Notes: generated by a model not told the origin, from the letters alone. 34,880 nt of DNA from an uncultured Granulosicoccaceae bacterium (GCA_964409445.1 CAYPDN010000005.1:1-34880); one strand, 5' to 3'; numbered from the stretch's first letter, positions 7,077 to 15,979 are shown. A program made the numbers and translations.

Positions 7077-9659
7077 TTGCACTACTCTTTACTTTATATA
7101 AGTCAATTCGCAGTCCCCGTTTCCAGCAAAACACTCGACGATATAAGAACCCAGTCTGCTCTTCTTAATCAGTCAGCCAATGTCAGCGGACTGCTACTTT
7201 CAACACCTGGCTACTTCTGCCAGTTTCTGCAAGGCAGCAGAATTGATGTTGAACAAACCATGTTGAGAATTAGCAAAGATTCCCGGCACAGAGAAATTGC
7301 TACTCTGCTAAAGACAGATTTACCGGAGACGCTGTTCCCGGGCTGGGGTATGGCAACAAGCCTTATACCAGCAGGCGATATAGCGACAGAAATCGAGCTG
7401 GCTTATCGGGATCGATTGGCCGACCTCAGTGCTGTCGACAGGCTCATGTCAATCATGCAGAGGTTTCGACCACTCGATGGTGTCGAAAACCCCGCCGTCG
7501 TCATTGACTCAGAATTTAATAAAGAGCTTGCCCTGACAAAACTCGCAACTAACAATGATGCAGTTCAGGGCTTGCTGGAACTGGGTAAAGCAATATTTAC
7601 TGATTGCGATATCGCACTGGCAATTCGTGAACCGGGTGATAATGGCTATAGCTCTCAGGCAAATACCGAAGCAGATAAAAATGCTGTTGCACTTTTGATA
7701 AACCAACTACCAAACAGGCATTTCACGCAAAACGCAAAGTTCTGCAGGCTTGATCATAACGGAAGCCTTCAATGGTCACCTGCCGCCCAACCCGAAAACC
7801 CGACTTCTGCGATTACCACCTTCCCAAATTCAGGCTACATCGCTGCAACCGGGATAGCGGTAACAGACGCTAAACAAGAAATCATTGGCACCTTGTGGAC
7901 GTTAAGTAGCGTAGCAGGAACACTGGTCAACGCAGCGGACACAAACAAACTTACGCAGTTGGCCCTATCCATAGCTGAACAAATTGAACTTCGCCGTGTA
8001 GCTCTTCTAACCGACTTACAAAAACAAACATCACAGCGCCAACAGCTCAATATCGCCGCAAATCTACGCCGACTTGAAGCGGTAGTTAATGTAGCCAGCA
8101 GCGCGATTGTCGCACTCGACCGAAAAGGCCGCATCCTCATGATCAACGATGCCGCACGCAAGCTGTTTGGTTTTCATAACGAAAAGGTACCATTCGACTG
8201 GCCGAGCCCAACCGGTTTTCTGGACCCGGGAACACTCATTCCGGTTACTGATAGCAGTTCTCCGCTGCACTATGCGATAGCCAGGGCAGATCCTGAATTC
8301 AACAATAAAATGAAGCATGCGATCAAAAATAAATTGTTTGCACGGAAATGCCATCTATCCAATGATCTGTGCTTTCTTCGAGTAACAGCCACCGAGGTCG
8401 ATGAGATCGATTCTGCAATATGGTCAGTACTTGTATTTGATGATGTTACGGCACTTGAGTCCGGCAGAGAGCGCATTAGACGCAGTGATCGTCTTGAAGC
8501 TCTGGGTCAGCTAACTGGTGGAATAGCCCACGACTTTAACAACATACTTGCAACTATTCAGAGTTCAGTGGAGCTTGCGAAGACCGAAACGGATCAGGTA
8601 CGCCAAAATCAACTTCACGATATTGCCATAACCAGTGTGGAGCGCGGTGCAGCACTCACCAATCGCCTGATTACTTTTGCACTGGCAAATCCAACCGTCG
8701 CGGAGGTACACAGCTTAACTGACGTGATGCAGTCACTGCTTGAACTCGCCGAGAGCGGTATTGCTGAAGATATTAATTTGACTATCTCACCTTTCTCGCC
8801 ATCTGTCGGAGTGAAGTGCGACGCGGGGCAATTGGAAAATGCACTTTTAAATATACTGATCAATAGTCGTGATGCGATTCGCGACAGTGGTGTCGGCGGT
8901 CAAATGTTGGTGGAAGTCAATGTGATACCACAAGACCAAAGCCAATCAGGCAACAATAGTGGTTCTGATGGAAACACACTGGTAGAAATTGTATTGTCAG
9001 ACGATGGACCAGGCATGTCAGAGGAAGTTATTCGGCGTGCAACAGATCCTTTCTTCTCGACCAAGCGCGACAAAGCAAGCAGCGGCCTGGGGCTTTCTAT
9101 GGTTTACGGTTTTGTACAACAGAGCGGTGGAGAATTGTTAATAAAAAATCTTCGCGACTCAGAAAACCCGCTATCCGGCACCCAAATTACTTTAACACTC
9201 GAGTACGCAACCAAAGAGCCACCTGCCCCACAGGCTGCAACAGACAATCACGCCAGTGACACGGCTGCAAATCATCAAACCGCGAATATATTGCTGGTCG
9301 AAGATGAACCGGAACTCGCACGAGTGCTGGAGCTCACCTTGCGGCGAAGTGGACACAATTTGCAAGTAGCTCATAACGGCCACGACGCAAGGATGATTTT
9401 ACAAAGCGATATTGAACTTGATTTACTCTTAACCGATATCGTACTGCCAGGAGCAATAGACGGGTACGCTCTGGCAAAAGATGCATCGAACTTACGGCCT
9501 GAACTGCGGGTTGTATACTTAAGTGGATACGCGCAGCAACGTTCAGACGCATCTTTACTGGGACCAGTTTTGTCTAAGCCTGTTTCGACTCGGCAACTGA
9601 TGGCTGTCGTACAAAGGGAGTTGCAAACTGCAGTTGATCTTTCAACTGTTGAATCCTAG
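7077..9659 (+). CDS. BLUF - GAF-like - PAS - HisKA/HATPase - REC hybrid sensor histidine kinase (putative blue-light sensor kinase)
   Basis: N-terminal BLUF: HYSLLYISQ (Tyr), LLNQSANVSGLL (Asn), YFCQFLQG (Gln), ISKDSRH, FPGWGMA (Trp/Met). DHp: LGQLTGGIAHDFNNIL. N/G boxes: ENALLNILINSRDAI, DDGPGM, FFSTK, GLGLSMV. REC: ILLVEDEPE, DLLLTDIVLPG, VVYLSGY, SKP. TTG start, tightly coupled to the upstream REC gene. Confidence 0.85.
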   Translation: MHYSLLYISQFAVPVSSKTLDDIRTQSALLNQSANVSGLLLSTPGYFCQFLQGSRIDVEQTMLRISKDSRHREIATLLKTDLPETLFPGWGMATSLIPAGDIATEIELAYRDRLADLSAVDRLMSIMQRFRPLDGVENPAVVIDSEFNKELALTKLATNNDAVQGLLELGKAIFTDCDIALAIREPGDNGYSSQANTEADKNAVALLINQLPNRHFTQNAKFCRLDHNGSLQWSPAAQPENPTSAITTFPNSGYIAATGIAVTDAKQEIIGTLWTLSSVAGTLVNAADTNKLTQLALSIAEQIELRRVALLTDLQKQTSQRQQLNIAANLRRLEAVVNVASSAIVALDRKGRILMINDAARKLFGFHNEKVPFDWPSPTGFLDPGTLIPVTDSSSPLHYAIARADPEFNNKMKHAIKNKLFARKCHLSNDLCFLRVTATEVDEIDSAIWSVLVFDDVTALESGRERIRRSDRLEALGQLTGGIAHDFNNILATIQSSVELAKTETDQVRQNQLHDIAITSVERGAALTNRLITFALANPTVAEVHSLTDVMQSLLELAESGIAEDINLTISPFSPSVGVKCDAGQLENALLNILINSRDAIRDSGVGGQMLVEVNVIPQDQSQSGNNSGSDGNTLVEIVLSDDGPGMSEEVIRRATDPFFSTKRDKASSGLGLSMVYGFVQQSGGELLIKNLRDSENPLSGTQITLTLEYATKEPPAPQAATDNHASDTAANHQTANILLVEDEPELARVLELTLRRSGHNLQVAHNGHDARMILQSDIELDLLLTDIVLPGAIDGYALAKDASNLRPELRVVYLSGYAQQRSDASLLGPVLSKPVSTRQLMAVVQRELQTAVDLSTVES

Positions 9660-9776
9660 AGGGTCGTCCCGAATGTTCTTTGACACCTGCTATCGTCAGG
9701 GCAAGCAAAAAACGGCTAGCGGCAGCACGGCACATTAGTCAGGGATAAGGGACAATACTCAAAGGTTCGGACTGTG

Positions 9777-9983
9777 TCAGTCCTGTACACCGATTCTCGC
9801 AACAAAGCGTCTCTGGAGTTCGATTCGCTGCCGCAAGCGGTTGATCAGCGGGTAGATACTCTGCTGCCTGCGGTTAAGCTCTTCTATGTGCTTCACCAGT
9901 GTCTGATCAGCGTTGTCGCTGCAGGGGCATGTATCAACTGAAGCTGCCAGGTTTAGATCGGCAGCGCTATTTTTCGCTTGCAT
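9777..9983 (-). CDS. Hypothetical small protein (68 aa), coding status doubtful
   Basis: This is the only ORF of any length in a 600-bp gap between convergent genes. I recognised no homology and no clear RBS. A GGACTG/CAGTCC hairpin overlaps its stop codon. Confidence 0.2.
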   Translation of the reverse strand: MQAKNSAADLNLAASVDTCPCSDNADQTLVKHIEELNRRQQSIYPLINRLRQRIELQRRFVARIGVQD

Positions 9984-10257
9984 GGTTCTGTGTTCGACTA
10001 ACTTTTTTCTTGTTATCTAAGGCGCGTAAACGAGATTTTAAGTTCCTTTTTCCTTCACGGCCTGCGTCCACGACCCACCCAAATCTCGGTCGCCTAACTG
10101 GATGAGCAAACTCCGTACCACTTACCCTGCGTGCAGTTAGTTGTTCCGAATACCACAGATTGTCGGAACATCTAAAGAGCAACGGGCCTGCCGGTTCCTC
10201 CCCATCACGGGGCTCATCATTCGCTGTGACTTCCCCCTGCCAGGCTAACTATTTCGT

Positions 10258-11361
10258 CTAACGCACAGCGATGATAAGGCCCGCAGACCGGTCAGCAACC
10301 GCTATGTGTGTATCATTCGCGGCTACCCCGACAGCTTGCTGGAGCGGCAGGCTTAAGCTGTCGACGACTGTTTCTGTAATCGGGTTTACAGTGTCCACAA
10401 TGCTGCGTTCCACACTTACCACAAACAGCTGACTACCGTCCGTCGCAACATTTGTTGGTTGATAGCCAAGGGGGATGAGAGAAAGCGCATCAGATACAGA
10501 TCTGTCAATTACCTGCAGACCATCTGCCGCAAAATGAGCAACATACAACTGCTCGTTTAAAAACTCGCTTTCCACCGGAAGATTTGCGGGTGCGAAAGGA
10601 ATATCAAAGCCGCCGGTAAACGGAGCCGGCGTGAGTACAACAACCTCAGGTATGTTTAGTATATTTCCATTGCCATCAAACTCGACGGTTTGAATACCCC
10701 AGTTGGCCACAAGCCCGAGATCCTGCGAATAGAAAGCCACCGCTCCACCATCGGTTGCTGCAACATGTACATCCGGGTTACCGGTCCGACCATCCACCTG
10801 CGGTATACCCGAAATGCTCAACGACAGAGAGCTCGCATCGTACGTATAGACCTCTGTGTTAGATCCGCCAGAACCTGCTGATACCACCAAAACTCCATTG
10901 GCAGATGAAATACCAGAAAATATTGAGAAATTAGTATTTACCGTAGTGATCACGGCAGGTTCCAACGGATTAACAAGATCGAATTGGGTCAGGGTATTTC
11001 CAGATTGTGTAAATAAAACTCCAAAGCTCGAATCGCCACTAATATCATCAGCCGGGATCGATACAAAGTTGCGTTCCAGTGAATTCAGATCAACAACTTC
11101 AATTCCAGTATCGCAGGCGCCATAGGCAAACTCATCAATTATCACGACGTTCTGACAACCGTTGCCTGCCAAACTATTAGTATCTACCACGGCAGTGGAG
11201 TCACCACTCGGCACGCCCGGCTCACCGTTTTCCTCAGCACCGAAAACCTCTTCGGCCGACTCTTGTCCAATCGATGCAATATCCTGATCATCCGAAGAAC
11301 ACGCGTTGATGAAAACAATGAACGTAAAACATACAAAAAGGCGAACGCGAATTTTAATCAT
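10258..11361 (-). CDS. Lipoprotein with beta-propeller-like (LVIVD-like) repeats
   Basis: Signal peptide plus lipobox: MIKIRVRLFVCFTFIVFINAC|SSDD. Recurring segments of the type GIEVVDLNS, DGLQVIDRS and AGLIIAVR resemble LVIVD repeats. The product call is tentative. Confidence 0.7.
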   Translation of the reverse strand: MIKIRVRLFVCFTFIVFINACSSDDQDIASIGQESAEEVFGAEENGEPGVPSGDSTAVVDTNSLAGNGCQNVVIIDEFAYGACDTGIEVVDLNSLERNFVSIPADDISGDSSFGVLFTQSGNTLTQFDLVNPLEPAVITTVNTNFSIFSGISSANGVLVVSAGSGGSNTEVYTYDASSLSLSISGIPQVDGRTGNPDVHVAATDGGAVAFYSQDLGLVANWGIQTVEFDGNGNILNIPEVVVLTPAPFTGGFDIPFAPANLPVESEFLNEQLYVAHFAADGLQVIDRSVSDALSLIPLGYQPTNVATDGSQLFVVSVERSIVDTVNPITETVVDSLSLPLQQAVGVAANDTHIAVADRSAGLIIAVR

Positions 11362-11487
11362 TGGTTTTTCTCAGCCATCAGCTCACTCATGCACAATGTA
11401 CCTAATAACTACGGAGCCACGGAATGACGAAACCTTGCAGTCAGGCTTTACTTAACTCTCTGAGTGCAAACGATCGACTAAAGTTCA

Positions 11488-13071
11488 TTAGCCGTGGGTT
11501 TCCAGTCGGTTCAATACGTGCTCAGCGAAGCCAGTCCCCGCCTTGGAGTAAACATTAACCGAAATACAGCCTAACGCTTCCAGCTCTAATTTTTCATCCT
11601 CATAATAAGACGACACGGCAAGTGTGTTCTTGAAACCGGAGAGATGGGCCAGATCAACTACAGATTTATTTTCTCTGTGATTACTTAGACTCACAAAAAT
11701 AAGATCCCGGCTGGCAAGTCCGGTACGCTCCCAGAAATCCCGGTCAGATGCGTCTCCGTGAACACAGTTAAATCCGGCGTCTCGCAGATCACCGATTCGG
11801 GTTAAGTTCTCCTCAACACCTATCACTCTACTTTTACCATCGTTAATTAGATGCTGGTAAACACCTTTTCCAACACGCCCCATTCCCAGTACAACAATAT
11901 TCGCATCACCGAGGAGTTCAATTTCTTCCTCCGCAAGTCTCGTTGGCTTCTGATAGGTATTGAACCAGTCAATGTGAGTTCGATAAAGTTTATGGGCGAC
12001 ACTGTTAACCGGAGTAGAAATAAAAAATGAGATTGCAATCGCAAGTGCCAGAGTCACTAACCATTCACTGCTTATGTGCCCGCTTGAAACAGCCGCCGAG
12101 GCGACGATCAAACCAAACTCGCTATAAGTAAACAGACCAATACCTGCAAGCCACGCCGTACGAGCACGCAAACGAAATATCGTCATTAATGTAAAGTAAA
12201 CCATTGGCCTGAGCAGAATTAGAGCACCCAACAGAAATGCCACAATCAGCATAGGAAATGACGGCGAGCCATAAAAACCAATTTGCAAGAAAAAACCGAT
12301 CAGAAAAAGATTTTTAAAGTTAGCCAGCCGATCATAAAGCACTTTTGACTGCTTGTTGTCTGATGCCCCAATCAGTGCACCCGCCAACAACGCTCCAAGA
12401 CCTCCCTTTAGATGAAGCAGCTCAAATAACTCATACACCCCCAACGCAACCAAAAATCCGAAAAGTAACTGAAGCTCACCGTGCCCGACCAGAGCCAGAA
12501 AACGTGACAGCAAGGCTTTCCACCACCTAAATGTAAGTGGAATTAAAAGGAGAAGCGCAGCATAAAACGATGGTCTTTCCGTTGACAACAGAACAAGGTA
12601 AATCACAGCCAGCACATCCTGCAGCACTAACACACCGATCGCAATCGACGCATAAAAGACCGAGCTCTCGCCGCGTTCCTCAAACATTTTTATGGCGAAT
12701 ACCGTACTTGAAAACGACAGTGCAAAAGCCAGCATCCAGGCTGACAAATCATGACTGAACGCCAGAGGTGCGTAGATGTAACCTATAAGTGATATCACTG
12801 CTGCAGTAAGCGGCACAACCGCCACCATATGCAGAATCGCCGGCCCAAAAATATAGGGCTTGGCCAACTCAGTGATACGCAATTTAAGCCCAATTGTGAA
12901 CAGCAGCATCGTCACACCGATATCAGCTATCGGGCCCAGTAAGTCAAGATTTCCAATGCCCATGGCATGCGCCGCAAACCCTGCGAGCAAATATCCCAGT
13001 AGCGGGGGCTGTCCGAACTTGCGAAATAGTAGCCCCGCACTAAAAGCAAAGAGTATCAGGAGAGCTAGCAC
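11488..13071 (-). CDS. CPA2-family cation:proton antiporter with C-terminal RCK/TrkA-N domain (Kef-like K+ efflux)
   Basis: Polytopic membrane N-terminus (FGQPPLLGYLLAGF...) followed by a Rossmann motif, IVVLGMGRVGKGV. Confidence 0.85.
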   Translation of the reverse strand: MLALLILFAFSAGLLFRKFGQPPLLGYLLAGFAAHAMGIGNLDLLGPIADIGVTMLLFTIGLKLRITELAKPYIFGPAILHMVAVVPLTAAVISLIGYIYAPLAFSHDLSAWMLAFALSFSSTVFAIKMFEERGESSVFYASIAIGVLVLQDVLAVIYLVLLSTERPSFYAALLLLIPLTFRWWKALLSRFLALVGHGELQLLFGFLVALGVYELFELLHLKGGLGALLAGALIGASDNKQSKVLYDRLANFKNLFLIGFFLQIGFYGSPSFPMLIVAFLLGALILLRPMVYFTLMTIFRLRARTAWLAGIGLFTYSEFGLIVASAAVSSGHISSEWLVTLALAIAISFFISTPVNSVAHKLYRTHIDWFNTYQKPTRLAEEEIELLGDANIVVLGMGRVGKGVYQHLINDGKSRVIGVEENLTRIGDLRDAGFNCVHGDASDRDFWERTGLASRDLIFVSLSNHRENKSVVDLAHLSGFKNTLAVSSYYEDEKLELEALGCISVNVYSKAGTGFAEHVLNRLETHG

Positions 13072-13288
13072 AATTTACCTGTCACGTTATAAAATCACCA
13101 TCGTCAGAAACTATATGATACAGATCCACCACATGGGAGTGAACCCTGAAGCGATGCACATGACTAACTGCCGACATGCCGAATAATTGATCACCCTTAA
13201 ACAACAAACTAAAGGTCCCGGCCATACATAAAGAACATAAGAAAAAAGCGCAATATAAGCAATTAACCCACTACACTTTACAGAGTCT

Positions 13289-14005
13289 GTGACTCAGCTA
13301 AGCCATGCAATGAAAAAAATCAAAATAGTAATTGCACTACTACTGCTGTCGGTACTTATTTCGTCATACTTTATTTTTGACATCGGACAGTATTTTTCAT
13401 TGGATTTCATACAGGAAAAGCATCAGGTATTTTCTGATTACGCTACAGAAAATCGCATCAAGTCGCTCACATACTTCTTTATTTTATATCTTGTTGCATC
13501 TTTGTTAGCCATACCCGGTATTTCTATTCTCTCACTGGGGGCAGGTGCCGTATTCGGATTTGCCACAGCCTGCATACTGGTATCTTTTGCCTCCACCATC
13601 GGGGCGACTCTGGCGTTTCTGTTGTCTCGATACCTGTTCAGAGATATTGTTCAGAATAATTTTCCGGCACATATGCAGCAAAAATTGAACGCCGGTATTG
13701 AAAAAGAAGGCGCTTTTTATCTTTTTACGTTGAGACTATTTCCAGTAATACCATTTTTCATAATAAATATGCTGATGGGTCTTACTCCTATCAAAACCTC
13801 TATTTTCTATCTGGTCAGCCAGGCAGGCATGTTCCCGATCTCCGCGGTAGTTACCTATTCCGGAAACCAACTGAGTCAGGTTGAATCACTCGGAGACGTA
13901 CTTTCCCCTCCGCTACTAATCGCGCTCGGTTTTTTAGGAGTTTTTCCAATCGCTGCAAAAAAACTGGTTGAGCTTTACAGACGCAGGAAATCGTCCGTTA
14001 AATAA
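13289..14005 (+). CDS. TVP38/TMEM64 (DedA-related, SNARE-associated) family membrane protein
   Basis: Multi-TM protein with the family-typical segments GAGAVFGF...GATLAFLLSRYLFRD and RLFPVIPFFIINMLMGLT. The ATG at 13310 (MKKIKIV...) is an equally plausible start. Confidence 0.75.
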   Translation: MTQLSHAMKKIKIVIALLLLSVLISSYFIFDIGQYFSLDFIQEKHQVFSDYATENRIKSLTYFFILYLVASLLAIPGISILSLGAGAVFGFATACILVSFASTIGATLAFLLSRYLFRDIVQNNFPAHMQQKLNAGIEKEGAFYLFTLRLFPVIPFFIINMLMGLTPIKTSIFYLVSQAGMFPISAVVTYSGNQLSQVESLGDVLSPPLLIALGFLGVFPIAAKKLVELYRRRKSSVK

Positions 14006-14078
14006 AGAGCCGCTGGTGATTTCGATGCCAGTGACAAACCGACTGCCGACACAAAACGTAAAGCGTTTACCTTAATGG

Positions 14079-14336
14079 CTAACGTCGGATTTTACTCTGC
14101 TTCGGTAAAACCAAAGTATCACATCCTATAACCTCCAGAATCTGAAACAAAAAGACTGCACTAAACGCCCCTCTTCTGATTTTGTTCGATAACGACTGAG
14201 TGGTTTCTTTAACCCCGTAAGCGTCTTCAAGCATACCGACAAGATCTGTTTGCTTAACACCTCTTCGAGCCAGCTCCGCTTTAAGTAGACCTCGAACATA
14301 AATCTTCCAATCATCATCAATCGTTGATTTCGGCAT
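14079..14336 (-). CDS. Small DUF6471-like protein (putative HTH-type regulator)
   Basis: 85 aa. The pattern LLKAELARRGV...LSNKIRRGAFSAVFLFQILEVIGC matches my recollection of the DUF6471 family. It lies divergent from the toxin-like gene across an AT-rich spacer. Confidence 0.55.
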   Translation of the reverse strand: MPKSTIDDDWKIYVRGLLKAELARRGVKQTDLVGMLEDAYGVKETTQSLSNKIRRGAFSAVFLFQILEVIGCDTLVLPKQSKIRR

Positions 14337-14456
14337 ATTTAATAAACATTAATCCGTATTTAATATCACATTAACGTTTATTTTATCAAATTTGCACCTT
14401 ATAGCACGACATATATCCAGCTTCCGCAAGGCTTAACTAGATTTCCAATAAATTTG

Positions 14457-14471
14457 TTGATATTATATCAA
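14457..14471. promoter_or_regulatory. 7-1-7 palindrome TTGATAT-T-ATATCAA in the divergent promoter region (candidate operator)
   Basis: Read directly. It is about 75 nt upstream of the 14547 start, and a TATAAT hexamer sits at 14474-14479. Confidence 0.35.
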
Positions 14472-14546
14472 CTTATAATTATGCATTAATCTATAAAAAT
14501 AGCTAATACACTCATATTCGGGTGACTTAAAATCAACTGAGCGGTT

Positions 14547-14840
14547 ATGAAGAAATTCGAAACTCTGCTCGATGCGTTCCGCAAGGGGGGAAACGACACT
14601 CCCTACGTAAGTCTTAAGGGTCGGCAAGCCCACATAGAGGAACAATTCGAACACTATGGGATAGACATGTGTGATGTTCTGCAACTGTTCAAACAGAGAA
14701 ACCTGCATGTCAGACCGCTCGAAGAAAGCGATGATGAACAGTATGAAATTCAGGGACAAACGGTAGACGGTGAAAACATGGCCTTGATCGTCAGCACCAA
14801 TGGTTACACGATCAAAATTATCAATGTTTGGTTAGTTTAA
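14547..14840 (+). CDS. DUF4258-like small protein, putative toxin of a type II TA-like pair
   Basis: 97 aa. GRQAHIEEQFEHYGIDMCDVLQLF...YEIQGQTVDGENMALIVSTNGYTIKIINVW resembles the DUF4258 pattern (H..eR..eRgI...dv...G.t.dGr.l.vV......i.viTvy). The following HTH gene starts 25 nt downstream. Confidence 0.55.
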   Translation: MKKFETLLDAFRKGGNDTPYVSLKGRQAHIEEQFEHYGIDMCDVLQLFKQRNLHVRPLEESDDEQYEIQGQTVDGENMALIVSTNGYTIKIINVWLV

Positions 14841-14865
14841 TGAACAATGAGCGAGGGCGACTGTA

Positions 14866-15423
14866 ATGCCATCTGAGAACAACGACAATCACGATACTTC
14901 TATTGATGAAGCTGATTTGGATGTATCTAACTATGACTATTCCAACAAGTTAGCCAGTTACACTACGTCGGAATTTGGTGTACCCATTATTCTGCATGAT
15001 ACGGCCATTTATGATGAAGACGGTGACGTGCATATCCCTCATCACGACAAACTCATGGCAGTAGCTGCGGTCTACAGATGCACACTGCCACGAAGATTGA
15101 ATGGCAAGGAAATGAAGTTTATACGCAAAGCTATGAACAAATCAGCTGTTGACTGGGCCGATCATCTCTCTACCGATAAATCTACCCTTTCAAGATGGGA
15201 ATCCAACAAACAACCCATGAGTATTAACGCAGAGAAACTGTTGCGACTTACAGCTCTGGCATTTCTTTGGTCTGATACCCCGGGCATAGAGATCGACAGT
15301 AAAAAAATATCTTTAATGAAGTACGAGGGGTTTGCTACTCCCGATACTTTCCCCGAAATGAGATTCGTTTTGTGCAAGTTTCGAAAAGATGAACACTATA
15401 CCGATATCGGTGGAGCCGCTTGA
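14866..15423 (+). CDS. MqsA-like / XRE-type HTH protein, putative antitoxin (no zinc-finger cysteines)
   Basis: LNGKEMKFIRKAMNKSAVDWADHLSTDKSTLSRWESNKQPMSINAEKLLRL matches the MqsA-type HTH pattern (L.g.e.k.iR...glsq.efa..lgv...tvsrwE.g...p......LLrl). The N-terminal half lacks CxxC pairs. Confidence 0.6.
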   Translation: MPSENNDNHDTSIDEADLDVSNYDYSNKLASYTTSEFGVPIILHDTAIYDEDGDVHIPHHDKLMAVAAVYRCTLPRRLNGKEMKFIRKAMNKSAVDWADHLSTDKSTLSRWESNKQPMSINAEKLLRLTALAFLWSDTPGIEIDSKKISLMKYEGFATPDTFPEMRFVLCKFRKDEHYTDIGGAA

Positions 15424-15486
15424 TTAGCGGCAAAAAATAGCAGTACGAATAATAGTAAAATCATCGAGTAAAGGACTAATTCAGGA

Positions 15487-15630
15487 ATGCGTTTAAAAAA
15501 TTCAGACTGGCTTATGATCGTTGTTGTCGGGGCAGCAGTTCTACTGTTTATGGCCTGGGTGATTTTACCCAACAAAGCAAACACACAATTCATTGACACT
15601 CAATCAATTCAAATAGACACGTCGAATTAA
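15487..15630 (+). CDS. Possible 47-aa single-pass membrane peptide
   Basis: Manual translation: MRLKNSDWLMIVVVGAAVLLFMAWVILPNKANTQFIDTQSIQIDTSN*. One clear TM helix. It falls below the track length cutoff, and the AGGA sits too close to the ATG for a good SD. Confidence 0.25.
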   Translation: MRLKNSDWLMIVVVGAAVLLFMAWVILPNKANTQFIDTQSIQIDTSN

Positions 15631-15979
15631 AGCGATGCCCTATCCTTTTTTAATCTGGACCTTCCTGTGATCCCCAGTCATTCTTTAATTTAAGCCTTCT
15701 TTAAACGCGATCGACCTGGCTCACCAACGTAAATTCCCACCAGTACACTTAAGCCATTCAACGGCACTTCCGTTACATCAATCGTGCACTGAATGCTGAC
15801 CAACCTTACCGACCAGAAAGCTGCTTTGTCCTAATCTGGTCATCACATATCAGTGGAAACTGGCAATACCTTCTTCGACAGCTTTGTCTCATACGCAAAA
15901 TTTCTCACCAGCCATACCATTGCGCTGTTGTTGCAAGTATTTACTCTGAAATCGATTAATTCGTCAGAGACTAAGAAAA

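Noticed and set aside
9899-10182. Track ORFs 9899-10105 (+) and 9967-10182 (-)
   Set aside because: They overlap each other in the convergent spacer, are Arg/Ser-rich with low complexity, and have no RBS or homology signal.
9984-10257. Possible cobalamin or c-di-GMP-I riboswitch (GGGAAGTCA and GGAACCGGCAGGCC resemble btuB-leader fragments; CACGCAGGGTAAG ... GGACGCAGGCC resembles GEMM-I words)
   Set aside because: The core conserved elements are missing (no GGTGAAAxTCC / GCCACTG arrangement for B12). The spacing between the GEMM-like words is about 60 nt instead of about 15. The similarity rests on short words only, so I kept it only as an unclassified structured region.
15396-15599. 67-aa minus-strand ORF overlapping the end of the HTH gene
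   Set aside because: It overlaps the 3' end of the better-supported plus-strand gene and lies antisense to the 47-aa TM peptide ORF. There is no supporting signal.
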